From assembly GCA_964106645.2 (NCBI GenBank), contig OZ067042.1: a stretch of DNA of 64,000 nucleotides. One strand, given 5' to 3'. Position 1 is the stretch's first letter, and every line of letters starts with the position of its first letter. The notes under the pieces were generated by a model. It was not told where the DNA came from, made no database searches, and worked only from the letters and a program-made list of their open reading frames with translations. Origin of the DNA: Podarcis pityusensis (Eukaryota). Positions 11,501-20,663 of the stretch are shown here, piece by piece. The translations under genes were made by a program, and so were the position numbers.

Positions 11501-12655
11501 GTAGGGGCCCTTGACCACAAGCAAGTCCAGTTGCCGCGTCCGCCCTCGGTATTGCACCCTGAAGGTCCCCACCCCCATTGTGGGGACCTTACGTTTCTGG
11601 AAGTCCCGGAGGGTGAATGGGGCCGGCCTGAGTTTGGGACCCCCAGTGGGACACAGTTTCCTTAAGGTCCTTGCCGAGATTATGGATAGAGTTGAACCCG
11701 TGTCAAGCTCCATGCGGCATGGGGCCCCCTCTATCTGTACCTCTACATAAATTTTCTCTACGTTGGGGTGGGGCAACTGGTATACCTGGAAGTCCGTGAG
11801 CTCCGTCGAGTTGCCTTGGTGCGTTGGGCCCCGGGACCTGGGGCTCTTGGATTGGTCATCTGATGCCTGGTGTCGGGTGGGCCGAGCCCGACACACCCGG
11901 GCGATGTGTCCCGATTTTCTGCACTGCCTGCACTCTGCGTTGCGGAAACGGCAGGTCCTCCTCTCGTGACTCTCCCCGCAGCTTGCGCAGTTCCCTCCTT
12001 CTCGTCGAGGCAGCTGTGGTCTGTGCGCTGCTTGAGTGCGCTGCTGTACTCGGTGCACCTCCTCCCTGTCGGATCCTGAGTCGTCGGTGAGGTCTTCATG
12101 GTGGACCCTCGGTTGGGATGGCAGGCTCGGCCGTGCCTCTTGGGTCGACCTCTCGGCAGCTTCTGTTGCCAGGGCCTCCTCCAGAGCGACCTGGAACGTT
12201 AGGTCCTTCTTAGCGTAGAGGCGTCGTTGCAGCTTCTCATCCTTCAGGCCACCGACGAGGCGGTCACGAAGCATGTTCTCCAGCTCTGAGAAGTTGCAGA
12301 ACCGGGCGGCTTGGCGGAGAGAGGTCACAAACCCAGTTATGGTTTCCCCAGGGGCTTGCCGCTTTGCGTAGAAGGCATTTCGACGAGCCACCACTGAGGG
12401 CTGCGGCGAAAAGTGCCCCTTCAGCTGTTCCATTATTGTTTTGTATGGAACAGTAGCGACGTCTTCAGGCGCAAGGAGAGCCCGGGCGATTTCAAACGTC
12501 TCCTCTCCGCAGACGCTGAAGAATATCGCCCTCTTCTTGGCGTCTTCTTCGTCGGTGACCCCTTTGGCTTCTAGGAGGAAGGTGAAACGGGAGGCGTACG
12601 CTTCCCAGTCTCCAGATGCTGGGTTGAATGGCGAGAAGCTGCTGTTGGCTGCCAT
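8579..12655 (-). CDS. Gag-Pol polyprotein, 1358 aa (Gag with two CCHC-type knuckles, aspartic protease, RT, RNase H, integrase)
   Basis: Knuckles CASCGESHERRTC and CRQCRKSGHIARVC; protease LDTGS; RT CADYK, KLDLAQAY, FGV..APG, FFDD; RNase H DAS..G.GAVL, NYSQIDKE, TDHKPL; integrase HETHPG...CQAC, HVDFAGP, SDNGT, NGQAERM. Confidence 0.96.
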   Translation of the reverse strand: MAANSSFSPFNPASGDWEAYASRFTFLLEAKGVTDEEDAKKRAIFFSVCGEETFEIARALLAPEDVATVPYKTIMEQLKGHFSPQPSVVARRNAFYAKRQAPGETITGFVTSLRQAARFCNFSELENMLRDRLVGGLKDEKLQRRLYAKKDLTFQVALEEALATEAAERSTQEARPSLPSQPRVHHEDLTDDSGSDREEVHRVQQRTQAAHRPQLPRREGGNCASCGESHERRTCRFRNAECRQCRKSGHIARVCRARPTRHQASDDQSKSPRSRGPTHQGNSTELTDFQVYQLPHPNVEKIYVEVQIEGAPCRMELDTGSTLSIISARTLRKLCPTGGPKLRPAPFTLRDFQKRKVPTMGVGTFRVQYRGRTRQLDLLVVKGPYISLLGLAWFGPLGLAVTGVNHTSLQVDVDAICKEFPGVFDGKLGQYTGPPIALQLDPAVRPVRLKARRVPFALKPRIDEELDRLVEQGVLEPVPNAPWETPIVTPIKPNGSVRICADYKCTINKALTAHAYPVPVVSHVLATLAGSKIFGKLDLAQAYQQLPVDEATAEAQTIVTHRGAFRVKRLQFGVSVAPGIFQNIMDSLLKGIPGVTPFFDDVLIAGPTPEEFEDRLRTVLHRFQTAGLKVKREKCLLGVPQVDFLGFMVDAEGVHPTGDKVRAICDAPAPKSKTELQAFLGLLNFYHSFLPHKAAVAEPLHRLLDKRAPWVWGQRQEAAFQAVKDLLVSNSVLAHFDERLPVVLACDASPYGIGAVLGHQLPDGREVPVAYFSQTLNTTERNYSQIDKEGLAIVKGVKKFHDFLYGRPFTVVTDHKPLLGLFAPEKQTPQVLSPRVLRWSIFLASYQYALIHRPGKAMGHADALSRLPLPETGPDPAPAQEVMSLELLPDRPIQAQEVAHHSKKDRVISRVLDWVWRGWPSSSPGPEFAGYTTRKHELSAHKGCLLWGSRVVVPQPLCKRVLTALHETHPGVVRMKALARSYVWWPGIDGEIEAWVKHCQACQESRPDPPRAPVQSWESARAPWSRLHVDFAGPFQGKTFFIVVDSYTKWLEVALVPSTSTSAAIRVLRRLFATHGLPDTLVSDNGTAFTSGEFQTFTAQNAIRHIRSAPFHPATNGQAERMVRTTKDTLRRMTQGDWEYRLATFLLAQHSTPSSTTGRSPAELLMGRRLAIRLDRLHPDRAQDEVVVGEGRNPRTFEAQDPVYAKNFGAGPAWVPATITRVTGPVSYEVLTDGGQCWRRHCDQIRRRFPGENQEEDRSEESQGNSGAVRPIEQEGPAGEAESVNTERTREAERTPEPEPRLSEPVAPDQTAASQPASLEHEPEPRARTREHPRPQRTRRPPAYLEDYECDLPGRTGT

Positions 12656-12761
12656 TCTGAGTTCCTTGTGCCCCGGAGCTGAAGCCTGGATACACGGTGC
12701 GAGGCAGCGGTGCGGCAGTTGGCGGTGCTGCGGTGCTGTGTGTGGCAGTCAGCTCAGCGGG

Positions 12762-12779
12762 ATCCCATCCTCGTCGCCA
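12762..12779 (-). promoter_or_regulatory. Primer binding site, tRNA-Ser(GCT)
   Basis: TGGCGACGAGGATGGGAT, 1 nt inside the 5' LTR boundary; complementary to the vertebrate tRNA-Ser(GCT) 3' end ATCCCATCCTCGTCG-CCA as recalled. Confidence 0.88.
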
Positions 12780-12780
12780 G

Positions 12781-13069
12781 TGAAATATACTCAGAGTCGC
12801 AAAGTGATTTCATGCTCTTTATTCAGCTCATAGTGGTGAGGAGGAATGAATAATGTCCCCTCACAGTATCTGCTTTATATACATTATTTACACAATGGGC
12901 TGCACATGATTGGCTAATTCTGGAATTCTACTGTAAGCCAATCAGGTTGTGGATTCACTTCTATCTGGAGCAGGATTGGGTGGTTCCTGCCAACCAATCA
13001 TACTGCTGCATTGTTCTAGGACCAATCAGACTGCTTCAGTTTGGATCCTATTCAACTCAGTACATAACA
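12781..13069 (-). repeat. 5' LTR (289 bp)
   Basis: Identical by eye to the 3' LTR except for one 40-bp indel; adjacent to the PBS. Confidence 0.95.
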
Positions 13070-16000
13070 ACACCCTTCTCAAATCAGCTCCAAAGGGTTG
13101 GGGTGGAGATATACGCAGGTGCATTTTCACCTGTAACTCGTAGTGAGAACCTGACCACTAAGACTGCAAACCCTAAACTTATTTGCTTGTGTCTTGCTGA
13201 AATTGGGGGTGGGTGGGAAATACTTCTGAGTTAACATGGTTAGGCTTATGCTGCAAATTAAATTGAAAGAAAAGTGCATACTACGCATATTTAAGTGGCA
13301 GAAAGGGGGAAGAAATACTGTGATTTGTTTATTGCTTTGCAACTGTATACTAAAAGAGCTTGCATAACATCAGCCTGTAGCAGTTGCATTGAGCTGATTA
13401 ATGCCTTTTGATTTCTTAAACTCAGAAAACAGAAGAGTAGTAATCTCCCCCCCCCCCACCCGGAGCAGGGCACAGTTTCAGGTATAAACTTGTAAAAACA
13501 TCAAGCGCTAATGAAATGAAAAGATGGTGAAATCTGCAGGCTGCAAGGCAATCAGTTTTAGGGAATACTAAAGAGGAGCAGATTGGTTCTTGCTTAATGT
13601 TTTATAGCAATTTTTTTGTTTAAAAAAATAAATTAAATGCATATTTGAAAACTAACATTTATTGCCTTATGGGACACATAAACTGTTCTACAATCCTAGC
13701 TGATGTCCCAGCGTTCAGAGGGGATCTTAGTCATATTAGGCTGCAGCACTGAAAATATGTTTGCTTGCAGAATTTATATTGCTTGGTTTAAAAACCTATA
13801 GACACCTCAGCTAGAGACTACTCTGGTTTCCAGACTTGTAAAACAAAATAAAAACACTTTAATTAGCCTTGAAGGGGCATTGGAAAAGGGCAAACCAATC
13901 AAAACTGAATAAACATTTTTTGCCAAGTTACAAGCATGAGTAAGTTCTTACTCAGCTTTGGTTCTACACTGACATGTATTAGACATAGAAAATATACAAC
14001 TCTGAGCTTGGAGCAAAGTTGCTAAATGAGGAACTAGCATTTATCCAAAATTCAGTTTTTAAAATGCTGGCATCTTGGCCTTAATCATGTTTACTCAGAT
14101 AGGTAAGCACATTATGGCCCACCCCGGAAAAAATAAACATAAAACATGTAAGTAAGCCCCATTTATTTCAATTAGCTTGACTTCCAGGTGAAAATGCTTC
14201 AGGTCATGCTCTTAGGTTGCAAGGCAATGCCTACTCATTTGGAAACAATTCCCATTTAGTGAGATTTCAGTGGAGATTTTACGTCTGGACAGACATGCAT
14301 AAGATCAAGTTGCTTACCTGAAATCTTAATCACACTATGAATCAATGCAAATGTTCCAAATCCATCTTGTTTTCTCCACCCAGGCCCTTGCCAGCAGAAT
14401 GGAATGTCTGTCGCTCTTTCAGACACTATCTGTGTTTCTATGTGTAACATTCTCTGCTGTTTGAGTCATTGTTCCTTTTTGTTTGGTGTACTAAAGGCTT
14501 GTTAAGACACTGTCCACCTAAGGTGACTGAAATATGTGAACCGCAAATGAACTTGGCATGAACGGTAAATTTAACCGCTATTACTCACTTCATTTTTATT
14601 TCAGCTAGTTATCTGGGCTTGTTGCAATGCATTCTGGAACTCAAAATAAGCCTTCCATTTCATGGCTAGAAGTAAATCAATAAACAGACATTACCTACAT
14701 GATAATGTGTTGATCATTTCTTGACATCAACGAGAGTACAAAATCTACCAGGTGCCTAATAATTGTGGAGGCTGTATATCAATTTATTTAAACATCTGAT
14801 TATAGAAAGAACATGACAAACATACTGAGTAGCCAAATTGTCTTGTAGGCCATTTCAATAAACAAGATTAACAATGTGTTCTTAAATGTAATCATTGGGT
14901 TGTATCCAAGAAAGTCATTGTGTGAGTGGAATGACTTCCTCTCACTCAACAGAACCTTCCCTTCTTCACTCTCCCTTGTGTACTACCTGCACTGCCATCA
15001 AATTCTGTTCTGAGGATCAGATTTGCAGCTGGTGCAGATTGGGAAGGCTGTGTCTAACAGCCTATATTTCCATGCTTTGCTTTGCTGCATGGCCAGGCTC
15101 CTGAGGAACTTACTGCTGTTTTAGGCAGAGAGACAGTGGTCACCGGGAGCAAGATCCAAGAGTCTGAGTTGCTATGGCCAGTGAACAAGGCTCACCCAGA
15201 ACCCTTTGCTATAGAGGTCAAGGTATATCACCTAACCTGATTGGGCCTGTTGCTGCAAGGAGGATTCCTTGCTGGTAGGGATGGGGAAGAAATGCAGTTC
15301 ATTTTCCTATTAAAGTGATCCTACCTAAATATCACTTTTCAAAACAGTAGGCAAACTGAAAGGCAGCCAAATCTTTGAAATTCGCACTTCCTCGAATTTT
15401 GCAGTTCATTTCTCCAAATGCATTTACTAGACAAAGTGTGCATAGAAAAGCATACACCAGCAAAAATGACATACAGAAAGGCATTATATCTGGGGAAAAT
15501 ACGTATTAGGCAAAATTGCATACTAAAGCATGCCTGTTAGCAGAAATTCTCATTAGAATGTTAATGAATTTCCTTGAGGACTTATTTTTGAAAAGAAAAC
15601 TGATGTGGAGATGCGGAGAAGGGTTAAATATTGGAAAAATGAGAAACCAAAACTGTCAGTCACTGGTCCTTTCTTGCTGCTGAAGCCAATCACCATGCAG
15701 ATGACATCACCATGAGTGATTCTGCTCAGAGGCTGAATTCTCATTTGATATCTCTTATATTAACAGTTCAAGACCCACTGCATACCCAAGTTTAACAGCA
15801 GAAGGGTGGGTATTTAGGAAGCCTGATCATTTGAAACAGATGTATGGCAAAACTGAGATTCTCGTGTCCTAAGTCAAAACCAGGATTCCACAGATTTTAC
15901 AGCACATGGAGACCCTGATTTTACCGTGCATGTCTGAAAACAGTAATCCCCAATCTGGGGCCTTCCAGATGTTTTGGACACCTATCAACCCTGGCTATCG

Positions 16001-16874
16001 GCCATGCTGGCTTGGACTGATAGGGAGTTTGTGTCCAACAGTTTAACCACCCCTACTTTACAATGCAATTTACCCCTTTCCATACAATAAATAAGCCTAT
16101 GCAAACAAGGCAGACCTTTACGTTTATAAAATGGAAGAAAGTATTAATCACTTGGTATAGTATGTAATGCAACAGTTATTTTGGGTGTGTTCCATAACAA
16201 CAGGCAAAGGCAGATACTTCAAAGGAAGATGACCAAATATTACGACATGACAGACAGCTCCATCTTCTGAATCAACAGCTTGCTCCACAAGCCATTTGAC
16301 CCATGCTGACTTTTGGTCCTGAGTTCTGGAACCAATCCCTGGAAAATGTTCTTATAATCAGTCAGTTCCAAGAAGCATCTCACAGTAGGTTGCTCATGGA
16401 ATCATAAATGGCAAAAACGCACTGCTGATACCAGATTTGTCTTTGAAACACACATTTCCACATTCTTTGTTTGTGCCACTTTGAAAATGACTCACACAAT
16501 GGTGATTTTATCTCTTCCTGTGGGACACCACTCCACCAACAAGAAGGCCTTGTAGTTAGGAATTTTTATTTTTATTTTATTGGCAAAATGCGAATTTGGG
16601 AACCATGAAGGCTGCTCTTTGAGTCCACAATGCTCAGTAGGGTTCAAACTAAAGCAAAATATATCTTTCCATCCAAAATATTATTGTTTTTCTGGAAGAT
16701 TTTTCTGAGAATGCAGAGTTTGAGAAGTAGCAACTGAAATAGGAAATCAAGATTATAGCACATCATTACTTGTAGTTTCATGCCTGCAAGTAATAGCTAT
16801 AATGACTACCCAATCTTTTTTACAGTACTCTGGAAGTGAGAGGAGAAGAGCATTCAGGCATCCTTTACTCAAGA

Positions 16875-16932
16875 GAAGAAGAGGAGGAGGAGGAGGAGGA
16901 GGAGGAGGAAGAAGAAGAAGAAGAAGAAGAAG
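16875..16932. repeat. (GAG)n(GAA)n microsatellite
   Basis: Directly visible. Confidence 0.9.
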
Positions 16933-17019
16933 TTTAATTTTAATATCGTATCCAGATTAATCAAACTGTATCAAGCAGGGAAATCACCATCACTGCCTCA
17001 AAGTACATTTACTGTAAAC

Positions 17020-17395
17020 CAGGGATGGGGGAACATTTTTCAGCCTGACACACAACCTTCCAGGGGCCACATATGAGGAGTGAGCAGGGCCAGAGGCAAA
17101 AGTGGGTGGAGCAATGGATATGGCTCTTATTTGTATACAGAACACTACATTCCAGCTACACAAATGCCAGGTTTCTACACCCACCCATCCCTTTCCATCC
17201 TCCGTCCTGGTATGTAAGAGGAATTATCCCAAATGAAGGACAGGCAAAAGCACTTGTAGGGTGTGTGGAAAAATGGGCCCAGTGAAGAGAGGCTGTGACT
17301 TGGGGAGGAGCATCACCTGGGGAGAGTGCCAAGGGCCAGACTGGGAAACTTGGAGGACCTCATTCTCCCCTGGGGCCTGAGGTTCCACACCCCTG
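17020..17395. mobile_element. hAT (Charlie-like) non-autonomous element
   Basis: CAGGG...CCCTG termini; 8-bp TSD ctgtaaac / ttgtaaac. Confidence 0.7.
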
Positions 17396-20266
17396 TTGTA
17401 AACAATAAAGATGATTTCAGCCTTCTCTGGAGAGAGTTCCAGTCAGCTCACTTGCATCCAGTATTGAGTAGGTACCTTGGGCAATGCCTGGTGTGGGAAA
17501 AGGAAGCAGGGTGGTATCAAAGTGGGATGCAAATAAGGAGTTGGGACTGATATTTTCCACAATGCCATTGGCCTACTTCACTAGAATTCTTCTTTTATAT
17601 AAGTGTGTCATTATTAGATTATAAACCCTTTCACTGGGTAGGCACCATGGTTTATATTCTGTGTTGTATCTGCTGTCTGGAAATAACAAAATGAAGAAAA
17701 AGAATTTGATCCGCAGCAGTCTATCATTCTATACTTACCTCGGCTAATACAGGGAGCAGTGTGACAATATAACAAATCTGATCCATTTTAATGATGCAAA
17801 GAAGTTAGCTTAGCAAATGTTTTGCTTTATCTCAGTTGGACACACAGCAGCGTGAGAGATAAAAGCGCTTAGAGACTACCCTCGCCCATCCGCTTAAATC
17901 AGGCCAGTGCAAACATGTGATAAATGAGACCCATTTGAGAGAAATGATTAACATGGAAAGTTATACATAACCAATTAAACTTGTAAGCTAAACTTAAATC
18001 CCCGAGATTCCCAAGGGACATAAGTGCAAATGACGTAACTGTGTGATTCTGGTTTCATGAAAACGGTGGAGAAAGTGAACTTTACGTACTGTATGTGGGG
18101 TCTCAGCTTTCCCCCATCTCACAACAGCTACTTCATCTCCAAAATAACATTTTATCTGTAAGTTTATATGCTTGCTTAGGAATGGTAAACGGTCTCTCTC
18201 ATTGGTTAAAAGTGAAAACAATTCCTTCAGTGGTAGTTGTCCGTGCGGTCAAATATACTCCAACTCTTAGGATGCATAATAGCAATATACCATCTCCCCT
18301 GCTGTTCTTTGTGTTTGCAATAATTATATAAGCAGTTAAAAATCACCAATTATGATGATAAATTATAAATAAACTGTTGTTACACTCTGGGCAAACAATT
18401 TTCTTGTCATTAATAACAGAAATGATAGGAGTAGTAGGAGTAGTAATATGTAGTATTACATATTGAGTGCTTTTTGAGCACTCAAAGTATTTCATGTACA
18501 TTATATCAGTAATCAAATATTTGTTTATTGTTGCTATTTTGACCATCATGGTCATATCAACCACAGAAATAAAAATAAAATAAAATAAAATAATAATATA
18601 CACTGGCACAATATAGAAGAACAATGTTGAGTAAAATATGCTTTTACATTAATATATACTTAAATAATCTAATAATAATATCTCAGTAATCATTGTGATA
18701 GTGAGTCTGTTGCAGATGGTAAAGACTGATGGCAAGAAAATATAGCTTTTGTTAAAGATACAGAGGCTTAAGGACAAAGGTGTGAACTGACCACCACTGG
18801 AGATCTCCTGGATTTCCTGGGAGGGCAGCTGAAAGGTCACAGGATTCTGCAGACCTCCCTCGTCCTGATGGAGAGGGATGTCTACCACCAGAGGGATGTG
18901 TGCAATTGGAAGTCTCCATGGTGTGACGGCAGAAAGTTCTGGCGATGTGCTATGATGGCAGGAGGGCCAGCAATGGGACATATGCATTGCAGGGAGGCCA
19001 TGGAAAGAGTCACTCTGCTCTTAATTGAAAAGACAGTGGCAGAGTGAAGGAAACAAAATTAGACCTAACGTGTGCTTATTTCCCTAGAAATTTTAACAAC
19101 AACAACAATAGTAAAGCTTTTGGCAGTGATGACCCTGGAATCAGAATCCAAATGCTTGTGCCTCGAGTGCTTATTACGTACTTCTATTAAGTGAATGAAC
19201 TTAATGCCTATAGAAATTGGCATAGAAAACATCTTCACAATACCAGATTGTTTTATTTGGACATGGTTGCAACCACTGAAAAACCTGGTACTAATAAGGA
19301 CCATATATGCAGGGTGGTCTAGGAATCACATGCTGTGGGGGTAAATTACAGTAAGTGTTCAAATTCTTGGCCATCAACTTGGAAACACTTCTCAGTTCAT
19401 GGTAGATGTGTGAACATTTTTAAAGCGTGCAGATTCTGATATTGGAATTCTCATATCTTAATTCTGGGATCAATGCACACAAGCATTTTATGGTGCTTCC
19501 ACGGAAATAAGCCAATATTTTTTCATATGACTCTGGCATCTACCACTTGTCGGGAATGCCAGGTGTTAAAAGTCATGCCTAGGGACAACAAATGTTACAG
19601 TGCACCATTCTGCTGAAACTACAGCTCTGCCCATATTGTCAAAAAAGTGCCATCCAGAATAGGCATTAGGAATATCTACAGCATGTACAGATATGCTTCA
19701 TTGTTCATTTTGCCACAGGATCAATTTAAGCAATCTCCTCAGAGCCCTACCCACTATAAACATTTTGCACATGAATCATCCATCAAGGCCCCAAGTTTCT
19801 TGGCTTAACAGCAGGCATGGTGCCTGTTGACATTACATCTGAAGCACAGTATGAAACATAGATTTTGGATTACCCATATCATTCTTCAGAAGAACGCTTT
19901 GCCACTTCAAGAAAGGGTGATGAATTAATATGGAATCATCTGCCTTATATATTACATTAGTTCTGGCTCTTTCTTTCATCTTCCTTGTAAGAGATCATTA
20001 GTGGCTTCAAACACGGCATTTAAAATAAAAACCAGTTGAACCAGAATCATAGCCTTAAAACCTTAAGTTTGTGTTTTCATGGTCATATGAAGTTAGTAAT
20101 TTCCACACATACATTTTCAGGGTTTCAATGCTTTGTTCCACCCACAGTGTTTGGGGTAAAAGGAATGTACACATTTTTTTTGTTGTTGTTCCAGGCATGT
20201 TTTTTGTGTCCCAAGGACTCAGGACAACTCTTACTCCTGTGAACAGAGAGTGAGGTACTTCAAGCT

Positions 20267-20663
20267 CATACCCTCCAACATTTCTCTGATGAAAATAGGG
20301 ATGTGGTATTCAATTGTAGTAGTAATAATAATAATAATTTTATTATTTATACTCTGCCCCTCTCACTAGGTTGCCCCAGCCACTCTGGGCAGCTTCCAAC
20401 ATATATAAAAACATAATGAAACATTAAACATTTTTAAAAAAACTTCCCCATACAGGGCTGCTCTCAACTGTCTTCTAAAGGTTGTATAGTTGCTTACGTC
20501 TTTGGCTCGGAGATCACATAACTCCATAGCCTCCAATATTTCTCTGATGAAAATAGGGACGTTCTACAGAAAAAATGGGACATTCCAAGGTCAAATCAGA
20601 AACTGGGATGGCTTCTGTAAATTTGGGACTGTCCCTGGAAAATAGGGACACTTGGAGAGCCTG
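20267..20663. mobile_element. Non-autonomous TIR-like element with 6-bp TSD, carrying a captured L2 3' end
   Basis: TSD caagct at 20261-20266 and 20664-20669; imperfect TIR (9/12); ~20320-20505 is homologous to ~7850-8030. Confidence 0.7.

Larger units (their letters stand above)
8240..13069 (-). mobile_element. Full-length Ty3/Gypsy LTR retrotransposon, Mag-like lineage
   Basis: TG...CA LTRs at both ends; 5-bp TSD ACACC (8235-8239 and 13070-13074); PBS; PPT; single gag-pol ORF in PR-RT-RH-IN order. Confidence 0.97.

Noticed and set aside
8551-12833. Many 60-180 aa ORFs antisense to or overlapping gag-pol
   Set aside because: Expected shadow ORFs of a GC-rich long ORF; no recognisable domains
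18343-18700. AT-rich stretch with hydrophobic ORFs resembling organellar or NUMT sequence
   Set aside because: No recognisable mitochondrial gene; low-complexity composition explains the ORFs
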